A DNA stretch of 64,000 nt from Felis catus. Its lineage: Eukaryota. Shown here piece by piece: positions 39,991 through 51,428 of the stretch. The notes beneath the pieces were generated by a model. The model saw nothing but the letters and a program-made list of their open reading frames with translations, had not been told where the DNA came from and made no database searches. Where the stretch lies: contig NC_058373.1 of assembly GCF_018350175.1 (NCBI RefSeq), forward strand, positions 106,456,001 to 106,520,000, written 5' to 3'. The number at the start of each line of letters is the position of its first letter. Position 1 is the stretch's first letter. Position numbers and translations under genes: made by a program.

Positions 39991-40353
39991 TTTTTTTAAA
40001 TAAAGGTAAATCTCAGTACGATGAACAGTATATGGTGAACTTACAAGAAAACAGGAGAGAGCATCTAAAGAAATATTTCTGTTTTGAAGGCAATAGTCAA
40101 ACATAGAGCTCAAGTTCTAATATATATGCACTCCCTCATGCAGGAAATTGTTACTAAGGGCCTATGTGTGACATGCATCAAGCCAAACCTTAGGGTTACA
40201 AGAGTGATGGTTCATATCCTTAAGGGACCTCTTATAGGCCAGTGGGGAAAAGGGTTACGTATGAACTAGTAATAAAGAAAATAAAAATGTAATTGCAAAT
40301 GGTGTCAAGAGCTATAAAGAAAAAATAAAGGCTGCTATGAGCTTTTACAAAAA

Positions 40354-40564
40354 TTTTTTTTCAACGTTTATTTATTTTTGGGACAGAGAGAGACAGAGCA
40401 TGAACGGGGGAGGGGCAGAGAGAGAGGGAGACACAGAATCGGAAACAGGCTCCAGGCTCTGAGCCATCAGCCCAGAGCCTGATGTGGGGCTCGAACTCAC
40501 GGACCGAGAGATCGTGACCTGGCTGAAGTAGGACGCTTAACCGACTGCGCCACCCAGGCGCCCC
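40354..40564 (-). mobile_element. Young SINEC_Fc
   Basis: Diagnostic sequence; TSD tgctatgagctttta. Confidence 0.95.
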
Positions 40565-41479
40565 TGCTATGAGCTTTTATACAGAACCAAGATGATGCTT
40601 CATAGGTGGAAAACTGCATTTTTAAAACAAAAAGCCAGGGGAAAAAAGCCTATCTGCATCAGTTTCTTAAAAAGCCATCAAGTTGCCATATAATCTCCTC
40701 CACCTGTCTGTAAAAATAACCCCACCTTCCAAGATCCTGACAAAGAGGGTATCCTGAAGAAGAAACTCTTCACATTTCTTGTTTACAGAGACTGTCATGT
40801 GGCCCTCTTTATAAACCCACCACAATGCTCTTCACCACTTCCTTATTAATGGGCGATTGCTAACATACTAAAACATCTATCTACCTACATATTTATTCTC
40901 CCTTTCATTTTTTTTCTTTAAGAAAAATTCTGTGGAGTGGGAGTGCTGGTGAATCGTATATGCACTTCCATGCCTCCTGGAATACCCAGCCAGCCCAGGA
41001 CACTGCAGCGCTCAATGGTGGAGTGCACCTGACGGCCCACAGCTTTGTCAGCAGCCCGTTTCAGTGTCTTCTCTATTTTTGCTAGCTTCATAGCTACAAA
41101 CCGATGCCTAATTCTTGCTTCTTTGCTGTGAAGTTCAACAGCTTTCAAAGCTGATTAACTGGTTTCTTTCTTTTATGTCATTTGAACAAATTACTTACCT
41201 TCTTGAAGCTTAACCTTCTTTATGTATCTAATAGGGATAATAATACTACCTGTCCCTGCAGTGCTGTTTAGAATCAAATGAAATTATGTTCTTAAAATGC
41301 TAAACCCAATATCTAGGATGTAGCAAACATTCAATAGATAATGGTTGTGTCTATTTATCCATTATCAATTTAACGATGTACTTTTACATTTGGACATACT
41401 CATTATATTCCGTGCAATAAACATTAACCTGGCAAAATGATTGAAAATATTTTCTCCCATTCTACCATTTTCTTTATTA

Positions 41480-41600
41480 TTTCAATGTTGCTTGTTTTTG
41501 TTGTGCAAAGCCTTCGTAAAATACATACATTTTGAAGGAGAACCCATGGACCTCTGCTAATATTTCAGCTTCATTTTGGATGCTGTGACCCTTATTTTGA
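41480..41600 (-). pseudogene. Dynein-like exon remnant, after strut
   Basis: ILAEVHGFSFKMYVFYEGF, compare recalled DNAH10 VLSEMALVNSMYQYSLIAF; borders uncertain. Confidence 0.35.
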
Positions 41601-41984
41601 TGGTTTAAATTTATGGGGGGGGGGTGGTGAAGGTAGGGTAGAGAGTTCACTCTTTGGTTCATAAACATTTCCAAAAGTTGCCCAAAATATGATTTCTAGA
41701 AAAATAAGATGTTGTATAGTATTTACCATGCAAATGTTTGTATTTATGGTGATCCTTTAAATCTGTTGTTAGGAAATACTTCCCCCCCGCCCCGCCCACC
41801 GCCCCCATGCTGTTCTGAAGGAAAATGTGGTGACAGCTCCCATACTGAAGTCCTTCCCTTTAAGAGGTAGCTAATTTTTTCAAAATATAGTTCAAAGAAC
41901 TGTAGCAACAAGAAGTTCTGGTCAGCAACTAGCTGAAAAAGTCATTATGCTTTTATTTTACTTTACAATTTTTTTATTCACCAC

Positions 41985-42069
41985 CTGAGAAGTCTAGATC
42001 CTCAACTTCAAGCATCATTAAAATTAACATCATCAGAATATGTGAAATTCCTGATTTCATTAATGATGT
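41985..42069 (-). pseudogene. Dynein-like exon remnant, strut/buttress
   Basis: Acceptor ctttcattgaacAG, donor AG/GTGGTG; with a 1-nt shift KSGISHILDDVNFNDA, compare SSxGNILDDxxLIxxL. Confidence 0.3.
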
Positions 42070-42326
42070 CTGTTCAATGAAAGATGACAAAATTCTCCCA
42101 AATTCCCATGGGCTAACATCTGAGCATAAACCGCACACTCCTTCACTGACCACTTCCTTTCCATCTTTCAGCTTTGATGAAGGAGACTCTGGAGAACTAT
42201 CCTTATCCTAACCCCGGGCCTTGCCTATTCTAGCCCACGTGACCTGACTTTGGCCTACACCCTTCTCAGTCAAACAAGTCTAAGACTTGGGGGCTGAAGA
42301 CTCTGTTACTTAATTACTGTGTAATA

Positions 42327-42547
42327 GGGTGCCTGGGTGGCGCAGTTGGTTAAGCATCCGACTTCAGCCAGGTCACGATCTCGCGGTCCGTGAGTTCGAG
42401 CCCCGCATCGGGCTCTGGGCTGATGGCTCGGAGCCTGGAGCCTGTTTCCGATTCTGTGTCTCCCTCTCTCTCTGCCCCTCCCCCGTTCATGCTCTGTCTC
42501 TCTCTGTCCCAAAAATAAATAAAAAAAAAAGTTAATAAAAAAAAAAT
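42327..42547 (+). mobile_element. Young SINEC_Fc
   Basis: TSD ttaattactgtgtaata. Confidence 0.95.
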
Positions 42548-42692
42548 TTAATTACTGTGTAATAAGTGGCAATCACATTGCCCCTCACAGCCTCAGAAGG
42601 CCCAGCAGTAAAATGGAAATAATAATAACGGCCATGCCTATCTCAAATAGCTGTAGTGAAGATCAGATGCTACAAGTATGCCTGGCTATTTC

Positions 42693-42719
42693 CTTTTTTT
42701 TGTTTTTTTAATTTTTATT

Positions 42720-42772
<53 letters not shown>

Positions 42773-42895
42773 ATCCAAGCAGGCTCCAGGCTCTGAGCTG
42801 TCAGCACAGAGCCTGACGAAGGGCTTGAACTCACGTGAGGTCATGACCTGAGCCTAAATCAGATGCTTAACCGTCTGAGCCACCCAGGCGCCCCC
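42693..42895 (-). mobile_element. SINEC_Fc2-type CanSINE
   Basis: Long (GA)n, canonical head. Confidence 0.9.
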
Positions 42896-43193
42896 ACCAG
42901 ACTTGATCCAAAGCAAGAAGCTTGCATCAGGAGGGTCCTTACAAACATAAAGAGGCTCCTGTTTCAGAAAGCAGATGGCACATTAGATGTTTTATGCTGC
43001 TGGTGGCCTGTGCCTATTTCCAGATGTCTGGCCTGAATCCTAATCCTTAGCTGGGTTTCTAACATTCTGTGGCCCAAACCTCCAACTTTGCATTGCCTGC
43101 CTGCTGTTATTCAGTTTGCTTCTAACCTGGGTTCTGATCTCTGATCTCAGATTTTTCTGGATGTGACTCTTTGTGTGATCTCCCACCTTAGTT

Positions 43194-43405
43194 TAGGGTT
43201 TCTTCACCTTGGCACTGTTGACATTTAGAGCCAGATAATTCTGTTGTGGACAGCTGTCGTATGCACTGTAGGACGTTTAGCAACATCCCTGGCGTCTACC
43301 CACTAGATGCCAATGGCACTCCTGAGTCATGTCAATCAAAATTACCTACAGACATTGCCAAACGTTCCCTGAGGGAAAAACTGCTCCCCCTACTGAGAAA
43401 GTGAT
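43194..43405 (+). mobile_element. MER20 (hAT-Charlie MITE)
   Basis: ccttggcactgttgacattt...gcaacatccctggcgtctacccactagatgcca...cagacattgccaaa. Confidence 0.88.
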
Positions 43406-44204
43406 GTAACTCTCCTGAACTTGACCTCTGGACTATCTGACCTCTGACCCTTGCCTGCCAGCTCTACAATGTTTTAGGCACACTGTTCTTGCTCTCCTTC
43501 TAGCTTCCCCCTAGAAAACCTGCAGGGAGTCCAGGAAAAGCGCTTTAACTCAGAGTAAGTTGCTGTCAAATAATACTTAAGTCATTAACATGCGTTTTCT
43601 GTTTTTTCAAAGTTTTATCAGCCTGAGGGGGAGCTGTCCACTACGCAGCCTGCCGTGACCACTGAGTCCACACAAAGCACAACAGGCCCTGCAGAAAAGT
43701 TATCACGTGTTCTTAGCGTTTACAAAGAAGTTTAAGTTCAACCTGCCTTGATGCCCCATCTTACCCTCAGTTTTAGAGAAAACAAAACAGAGGCTGTACA
43801 GGCTAAATGGCACACACAATGTCACCAAGCCATTCAGCCACGGAACTCAGGCCAGAAGCCTGTAACCTCATCATGTGCGCTCGTTCCAGGCCTGGCGGAG
43901 TTAAGCACCCGCCAGTTTGTGGTAGCCAGGCTCTGTAGCCTGGCTCACACAGTTCATTCTTCAGCACTGGCTGTTCTATGGGCACCTGCACATTTTGAAC
44001 GATTAAACATGTCACGGTATACTTATATTTCCCCACCAGACAGAAAAAAAAAAGGGAAGCTGATATAAAAGCATTAAACCACAATATCAAGGGATCAGAC
44101 AAGCACCAAGAAGAAGAGAGAAAGAGAAAGAAAGAGGAGGGATGAAGAAAACACACATTTATGAGCACAAAGTACACTTTCAAGTAACCATCTCACTTCT
44201 CAGC

Positions 44205-44430
44205 ATGAGCCGATGATGTACATTTGAGTGCTGGCTCCACCGTTGAAAACCTAGGTGATGTGTGGTAAGTCACTTGAACGCTCTGTGCCTCAGCTTCCTC
44301 ATCTGTAAAATGGGCACAATAATAGAACTCACTCCTTTATTCTGTTGCGAGGATTCAGTGACACAGTGTATATAAGTGCTCAGTGCAAGAGCTGGCACAT
44401 AGTAAGTGCTTCATAACTATTAGTGATTAT
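44205..44430 (+). mobile_element. MIR
   Basis: ctctgtgcctcagcttcctcatctgtaaaatggg...ctggcacatagtaagtgct. Further MIRs at ~1170-1370, 1810-2110, 21100-21300, 41170-41350, 54990-55170, 58790-58970. Confidence 0.85.
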
Positions 44431-44719
44431 TGTTCTATGTTCTAGCAAGCTGTGTCTGTTTCATCTCCATATTCAGACTGCCACGTTTCCAATCCCAGTC
44501 TGACCATAAAACCACAATTTTGAGCAGCTCACTGGAAGCCCCTGAGTTCCTTCCACACTTTGTTTTGGCTGACAGCTCCTGGGACCAAATGACAAGGAAG
44601 ACAAAGGTCACAGGAATTATCTCCCCGCTTTACAGTAGCCTACATTTGCTCAATAAATGCCTTGGAGCCAGAAATTTAAAATTCAAAGATGAGTCATACA
44701 GGATTTCCCCACAAGCAGT

Positions 44720-45050
44720 ATGCAGTTTTTCGTCTAGCAAATGTTTACTGAGCCCCTACTCGGTGCTAGGATCCATGCAAGGCTCTGAGGATACCATGGG
44801 GGAAGGACAGGCACCTGATTTCATGGTAATTACATGCTAGCGACAGTACACAAATAACCCAAAACACAACATCAGCTAACGATGAGTACAAAGAAAAGAA
44901 ACAGACTTGACTGGCAGAGAGTGCTGGGACGTGGGGTGTGGTATTTAGAGCAGGTGGTCAAGGAGAGCCCTTCTGAGGAAGCGGCGTTCCAGCTGGTATC
45001 TGGATGGCAAGAAGCATGCAACCAGATGAAGATCTGGGGGCACTAAATGA
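44720..45050 (-). mobile_element. L2 fragment
   Basis: agcaaatgtttactgagcccctact...gtggtcaaggagagcccttctgaggaag. Confidence 0.6.
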
Positions 45051-45719
45051 ATCGACAGCCAACAAAGGACATGCACATGTGTGACTCTTACTGCACTTTT
45101 CTCCTCTGCATCGGTTGGGTTCGTTTTCTCACCGGACTTGCCCTCCTGTTGGCTGTCATAGCAACCTGAGCAGACCATTTTGTTTTGCCCACCCAGTCAT
45201 TCACCAGCCCACACTCATTGCATACGCAGTCCTAGCAACTAGTCATGGAAACATTATTGAGAAAACAATAGACTCCATAACTCTTTACATCCGCTCCAAG
45301 GACTATCGGGCTGGAACTGAAAATAAGTCAGGCAGCCTCCTCCCAGGAGAAAGCCTCAGTCATTGTCTGTCCTTCACAAATAAGAAGCTCAGCCTTCTCA
45401 AATCGGTTGCCACCTTGCTTTCAACAAAAGGCTCAGGTCAGCCACCCCAAGTAACCCATAATAGCCCTGTCTGATGCCTTCTCTCCTCTGCTCTGTATCA
45501 AACTTCCTGATGATTTCCTCTGGATATATTTTCACTTGAGACAAGTATTTTGATCTCAAATAGTTCTTTAAGACATACTCCCAGAAGTTGCAGCCTAGGT
45601 ATGATTTGTTTCCACTCATCTTGGTATCTGCTCTAAGTTCTCGCATACAAGCCAATGGACAGGGTGTTTGCGTGTTTAATGAGCCATGTAGGCCCAAAAT
45701 AAGTTATCACCCTACTTAC

Positions 45720-45904
45720 CTCCCTGGGAATGAGTTCAGGAGGCTTGTTTACTTTCGCTCGTCTCACATTGGAATGTAATTTGGCAAATGCAACCTTACA
45801 TCTTTAACGATAGTTCAGAATCATCTCTCCTGACGTGGACATTTGGTGTGTATCTTTTCAATTATTTCCTGAAGGCCTTCAAACATTTGTCCTTCATTTT
45901 TATT
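45720..45904 (-). pseudogene. Dynein-like exon remnant, AAA5
   Basis: Acceptor ctctccttttAG, donor GAG/GTAAGT; NKNEGQMFEGLQEIIEK...(frameshift)SGEMILNYR*RCKVAFAKLHSNVRRAKVNKPPELIPRE, compare ENVGEELDPxLxxxLxK...FRLYxTTKLxNPHYxPE. Confidence 0.5.
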
Positions 45905-46289
45905 CTAAAAGGAGAGCTGAAGAATTAAACAAATGTGATCAAGTCTACACCATGATGGAATCATTTTCTCGGTATTGAAGTATTGGGTTAAGTAGAACCA
46001 TTATAACGGAGGGGGTGCAGGGGAAGAGGGAGGGCAAGAGGAAAAAAGGGAGAGAGAGGCTGGCTGTAATACCTAAACAGAAGCCAGGGATTATGTTCCG
46101 ACAAGCCTGACTCTCCCTGGAGAGCTGTGCTCATTTCTGGGCTGGACAAAACCCACCTTAAGAGGATTGTGGAAGACACTAGATAGGAACACAGAGGGAA
46201 GATGACAGAGGCCTGAAAGAAGAGATTGGTGAGGATGAGCGGGTGTTTTGTGGCCTGCAGTGAAGGCTGCAGAGCATCTTTTTGCATAC

Positions 46290-46384
46290 CAGCAGCACAG
46301 GAACTGCAAACTGCCTTAATCCAGACACCAGTGGTCCAAATATGTCCCAGCTCTTGTCTCAGACAATGGCTTGCTAAGATGCAC
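46290..46384 (-). pseudogene. Dynein-like exon remnant, AAA5
   Basis: Acceptor ccttctgtAG, donor CTG/GTATGC; ends ...LVSGLRQFAVPVLL, compare LENAIQFGTPVLL; 95 nt (one short of a codon multiple). Confidence 0.55.
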
Positions 46385-46581
46385 CTACAGAAGGGTCCTC
46401 TGATAACACCTGGCCAGCTCCTCCCTGCTATGCCACAGGGGTAAATGCACTAACTATAAGTGGCAGTGTGATTTTGGGGTCTCATAGGCCAAAAGTAGAT
46501 GGTGGAAAAATCTAATAGTGGGGAAGAGAGAGGAACCACGATTTCAGTATGAAAACCATGACTCTAAAAAGATACACGTTC

Positions 46582-46790
46582 GGCACACCTGGGTGGCTCA
46601 GTCGGCTAAGCATCCGACTTCGGCTCAGGTCATGATCTCATGGTTCGTGAGTTTGAGCCCCACATCGGGCTCTGTGCTGACAGCTCAGAGCCTGGAGCCT
46701 GCTTCAGATTCTATGTTTGCCCCTCTCTCTCTTCCCCTCCCCCCCTACCCCCCTCCCTTTCTCTCTCAAAAATAACATGAAAAAAACTTT
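46582..46790 (+). mobile_element. SINEC_Fc2-type CanSINE
   Basis: Canonical text. Confidence 0.9.
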
Positions 46791-47359
46791 TTTAAAGACA
46801 TACCTTCACAGATAAAGTTTCTAAACCACTAAAAAGTTATAGGCAATAAGGAACCAAGGTGGCCTAAAAATGGTGCAAGACAGAATTCTCTGCCTAATGA
46901 ATAAAGCTGTATGGTAAGTGCCTTCTCTGCCAGCCCCACTTCTGCCAAATATTGTATTATGCAACCTCCTAGGCTTTTACCACATCTCTGCTTGATCTCA
47001 TAGCTGAATATTGAAGCAGCTGGATGATGGTGAATTTCAGGGTATTTAGCACCTTTTAGGTCCCCAGATGAGCTTCTTATTTCCCATCCTTTCTACACAG
47101 CAATCTATCATTCATTCACTAATACGCATTTTAGAGTGCACAACACACACTACTGTGTTGGGAGGGATTCAAAGGTAAATCAGATGTGCTCTCTTAGGGA
47201 GCCTGTGATCTGACAGAAAGAGAATAAATATATGTGTGTATATAAATATATATATTTATATAAATATATATATACTGTTTGATAAAAGAGGGGAAATTAA
47301 AATATGATGTGAGTCTGAAAGAGTTTCATGTCCCTGCAATTAAGGTACATACTTTTAAA

Positions 47360-47860
47360 AAGGAAAGCATCTCTATTAATCAAAATAGAATAGATAATGC
47401 TGAGGTAACCTCCAAATCTCAGCGACTTAATGCAGCGTTTTACGGTTATGTAAGATCGAACCATTGGAGAAAACTGAGTGAAGGGTACAAGGGACCTCTC
47501 TGTACTATTTTTGCAATTTCTTATAAATCTGTAATTACTGTCATATGAAAAGTACAAACAAACAGGCAAGCAAAGGGGTACAGAACGTTTCATTTCTTGC
47601 TCGTGCGGCCTGTCCAGGCAGGCTCCACAGTCCTCACACGCCCACCAGCCTGAGAAAGGCCCCACCTCTCCACCTATAGGAAGCAGGGCAAGGGGAATGT
47701 GGCCAAGCACACAGCTCTTAAAACTTTCACCTCAGTGAGGTGCATGACATTGCCATTCACGTTCCATCGACCAAAGTAAATCACACGGCCATTCCTAATT
47801 TCCAGGGAAGGGGAGTGTGCCCAGAGGAAAACCAAAAATACTTGTCAAATAACACTAATG
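47360..47860. mobile_element. Old MLT1 fragment with a short L1M 3' piece (~47440-47550)
   Basis: aaagtaaatcacacggccattcctaatttccagggaaggg; gaagggtacaagggacctctctgtactatttttgcaa. Confidence 0.5.
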
Positions 47861-48104
47861 ACTATGGTATCCCAAGGTACACAACTGTACCTTGTATACA
47901 CAAACTGTACAATCGGGCACTGGTTTTTGAAGAGGTTTCTCTCAAAAATAGTATTTTTGGCATGTGTTTACTCTTACGTATGATTTTCTTGTGACAGCAG
48001 AGTAAACTCTGAAAGGATTTTAACTGGAACACAGTCACCCGAACAGGTCAGCCACAGAATGGGCAACTCTGAAGCCCTCTCTGCATGGTCAGCTGTCTGC
48101 TCAC

Positions 48105-48284
48105 CAGCAGCACACGGCTGTTACGATGCCTTCCTGAAGGCATTATAGGGAATCTGGATCGATGTGGGTAATGCCTGCTGGAAAGCAATCCCAGCTTCAT
48201 CGGATATGAGTCTGAATATTAAAGTAGCCAAACTTCTTCAGTGCCAGCATTAAAGATGCTTTGTGCTGACTCTTCAAGTGCATG
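48105..48284 (-). pseudogene. Dynein-like exon remnant, start of AAA5
   Basis: Acceptor tcattttcttacAG, donor CTG/GTGAGC (or extends to the GTAAGA donor at 47977). With frameshifts it reads YFNIQT/LISDEAGIAFQQA/LPT/DPDSL...EGIVTAVCCW, compare FRLESLLTDDVEISRWxxQGLPxDxLSxQNGIIVTxxxRW. Confidence 0.55.
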
Positions 48285-48669
48285 CTGTAAGAAAATGATC
48301 AAACAGCAAGCCACAAGGGACGACCCAACCCTCTCACCCACAGAACCTGCAACACCAGCACTGCTCATTAAGTCAGGAAGCTTAGGGAGTTTTCCAGCCC
48401 AGGCAGGGATAACAGAAAGAGAGCTCTGTGAGACTTGAAGAAAGGGGAGCCCAGGGGAAAGGGGACTATAGTCAGGCAACAGAGGGTAGCAGGGAAAAAG
48501 CACTGTGGAAAAGCACCCACGAGGGAGTGACAAGTACCTGAGGACAAATCCCTGCTCTGGCTCCTAGACAGCGGGTGCCTCTGAGGCAGATCATTTACCC
48601 TCTTCGGTCCTCTCTTCATTTAAGACCAGAGGATTGAGTCCCCTCCCAACTAAGAAGCAGATCACTTGT

Positions 48670-48880
48670 GTTTAAGTAACAGCTCTGTTCCTAACTGTGT
48701 GACCTCAGCGAGTGCTGAACTTCTCTGTGCCTCAATTTTCTGTAAAATAAGGATAGAAATAGACCTCATCCACAGGGTGGTTGTCATGAATAAATGAGTT
48801 AACATATGTAAGTCCCTTAGAACAGTGCCTGGCATGTAGTAAGGGCTAAATAACTATCACCTACCATTATTATTGTTATT
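48670..48880 (+). mobile_element. MIR
   Basis: tgtgtgacctcagcgagt...ctgtgcctcaattttctgtaaaat...agaacagtgcctggcatgtagtaa. Confidence 0.8.
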
Positions 48881-49041
48881 ACTATTATTAATCAAGGTGG
48901 AAGGAATCAAGATGGAAGGAATAACTATTACCTACCATTATTATTGTTATTACTATTATTAATCAAGGTGGAAGGAATCAAGATGGAAGGAATAACTATT
49001 ACCTACCATTATTATTGTTATTACTATTATTAATCAAGGTG
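48849..49041. repeat. 71-bp tandem repeat, 2.7 copies
   Basis: Units start at 48849, 48920 and 48991; one mismatch. Confidence 0.95.
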
Positions 49042-49772
49042 TCCTGGACAAGTTCATAAGAAGATACAAGGGTGTTTTAGATCAGTTTCCCAGCAAGTAT
49101 GGGTTTAAAGATAAAAGTTAAAGTTATAGGTTATAAATCAAAAGAAAAAATGTTAAATTATGACTGTGCTAGCTTCTTGACATTAGAAAACACCAATTGC
49201 CTTCCACTATACTCTAAAGAAGGGCCACCTGCCTTTACACAGCCAACATTCTGCACCGTTCACGCCTCACCCTCTTGAGAACAGAAGATGGCCCCTCTAG
49301 TTGAGGCCTTCTGAGGGAACATTTCCCTGGCATCACATAGATCATCCCCCTTAACTCTGGCAAATCTGGCTTAGATTCAAAACCATGGGTTTCTGAGAGT
49401 CACAGTTCATGCCAAGCACCTAAAGAGCAGAGACAGGAAAAACTATAACCTGAAATCAGGGTTGTAAGGATCAGAACAGGGTCATTATATTTACCTATAA
49501 ATATAATTAATTATATTTAGATTTTTTAAAGATAAAAAGATTAGTATCTTTTATAAAGATATATTTTATAATTATATTGGTTCTCCACTTCACAATAATT
49601 TTTTATAATTATAATAAGTTATAGACAATGTATTTATCTTTTCTCTCCTCATTTACCTTTAATAGGCAATCAACCCACTTTGTCACTCTCCCCCTCATCC
49701 TCTTTACAGCAGGGGTAGTCAAGAAAAAAACTATGCAAAGCAAGTCAAGACTGCACTCTAAAAAGATTACAC

Positions 49773-49926
49773 ATCAGGAAGCATCTTTATAAATGAGGTA
49801 CACAGAGCACGTCTGGAAGAGAGTATGACAAAGGGCCTCAGGAGAAAAATAAATGACAAGACACATCTGGGTAACTGCCGAACTGAAGCTTGAACAAATA
49901 TTTTCCAAGATGCAGAGCTTACAAAC
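49773..49926 (-). pseudogene. Dynein-like exon remnant, stalk end
   Basis: Acceptor ctctttttctAG; ASWKIFVQASVRQLPRCVLSFIFLLRPFVILSSRRALCTSFIKML, compare RW...LxGDVLLSAAFLxYLGPFxxxYRxxLxxxWxxxL. Donor uncertain. Confidence 0.55.
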
Positions 49927-50264
49927 CTAGAAAAAGAGCTCATAACTCAAAGATTTATCTGAAAACAAGACATTTATATCCACATGGATTCACATGGGTG
50001 ATATAAATCTAAGGGGTAGAGAAAGATTGAAAAAGAATAGAGTAAATATTGACTGTCTCGTTGTGATTGGAAAATATTCAAACTAGTAATGTAAAATTTT
50101 AAACTGCCGGAAAACATTAAATAATAGTTAAAAAGTTAGTGACATGATTTATACATTAGCTTTAGAGATTGTGCATGTTCCAGTATATAATATGGTCACT
50201 CCATTTTTTTCAGAGCACAAACAATAAGAAAGGTCACATAGACATCTTTGCTCCCCAAAACAAA

Positions 50265-50335
50265 TTCTAGCTCTGAAACACTGAAGATTCTTCTAAACGA
50301 TACTTCAGAATTTCCCTTTGATTCAAAAATCATTT
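50265..50335 (-). pseudogene. Dynein-like exon remnant, stalk CC2
   Basis: FLNQREILKYRLEESSVFQS*, compare LxxQxExxxxKLERAxxLIxGL; abuts an old L1. Confidence 0.3.
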
Positions 50336-50407
50336 CTTTAAGGAGACCCAAGTCGGAGGACAAACACTACCTAATGTCCAAACTTATTGTAAAACTATAA
50401 TAATCAA

Positions 50408-50636
50408 GGGGCGCCTGGGTGGCGCAGTCGGTTAAGCGTCCGACTTCAGCCAGGTCACCATCTCGCGGTCCGTGAGTTCGAGCCCCGTGTCAGGCTCTGG
50501 GCTGATGGCTCGGAGCCTGGAGCCTGCTTCCGATTCTGTGTCTCCCTCTCTCTCTGCCCCTCCCCCGTTCATGCTCTGTCTCTCTCTGTCCCAAAAACAA
50601 ATAAAAACGTTGAAAAAAAAATTAAAAATAAAAACA
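50408..50636 (+). mobile_element. Young SINEC_Fc
   Basis: TSD tataataatcaag. Confidence 0.95.
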
Positions 50637-50733
50637 AATTATAATAATCAAGAGAGTATAGTACTGGCTTAAAGACAGATCAATAGAACAGAATAGAGTC
50701 CAAAAATAGACCCCACACTTACATGGACAACTT

Positions 50734-51428
50734 TTTTTTTTAAGTTTTTATTTTAATTCTGATTAGCTAACATAAAGTGTTATATTAGTTTCAGGTGTAC
50801 AATATAGCAATTCAACAATTCCATACAACACCCAGTGCTCATCAGGACAAGTGCACTCCTTAATCCCCATCCCCTACTTCACTGATCCCCCTATCCCCTC
50901 CCCTCTGATAACCATCAGCTTGTTCTCTATAGTTAAGAGTCTGTTTCTTGGTTTGCCTCTCTCCCTCTCTTTTTCTCTTTGCTAGTTTTGTTTGTTTATT
51001 TCTTAAATTCCACATATGGGTGAGATCATATGGTGTTTGTCTTTCTCTGAGCTTATTTCACTTAGCATAATGTTATATATATAATATATATATATACATA
51101 TAATGTTATATATATAATATATATAGTAATAAAGTAATATAAGTAATATAAGTAATAAAGTAATATATATATAACATCTTCTTTATCCATCAATTAATGG
51201 ACACTTGAGCCACTTCCCTAATATGGCTATTATATATAATGCTGCTATAACATAGAGGTACATGTATCCCTTTGAATTAGTATTTTTACATTCTTTGGGT
51301 AAATACCTAGTAGTGCAATTGCTGGCTCATAGAGTAGTTCTATTTTTAACTTTCCGAGGAACCTCCATACTGTTTTCCAGAGTGGCTGTACCAGTTTGCA
51401 TTCCCCACTAACAGTGCAAGAGAGTTTG
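50734..51428 (-). mobile_element. Carnivore L1 3' fragment nested in an older L1
   Basis: Poly-T start; reverse-complement similarity to 20200-20850; TSD tggacaactt at 50724-50733 and 51429-51438. Confidence 0.88.

Noticed and set aside
48849..49041. CRISPR-like repeat-spacer array
   Set aside because: The spacers are identical and the context is mammalian; it is a plain tandem repeat.
33760..50000. Spectrin-repeat-like plus-strand peptides (LHDMDKWLKEI, EWATLKPSL, AELTNLEKEL)
   Set aside because: They are antisense readings of minus-strand exons that fit dynein better and have proper borders.
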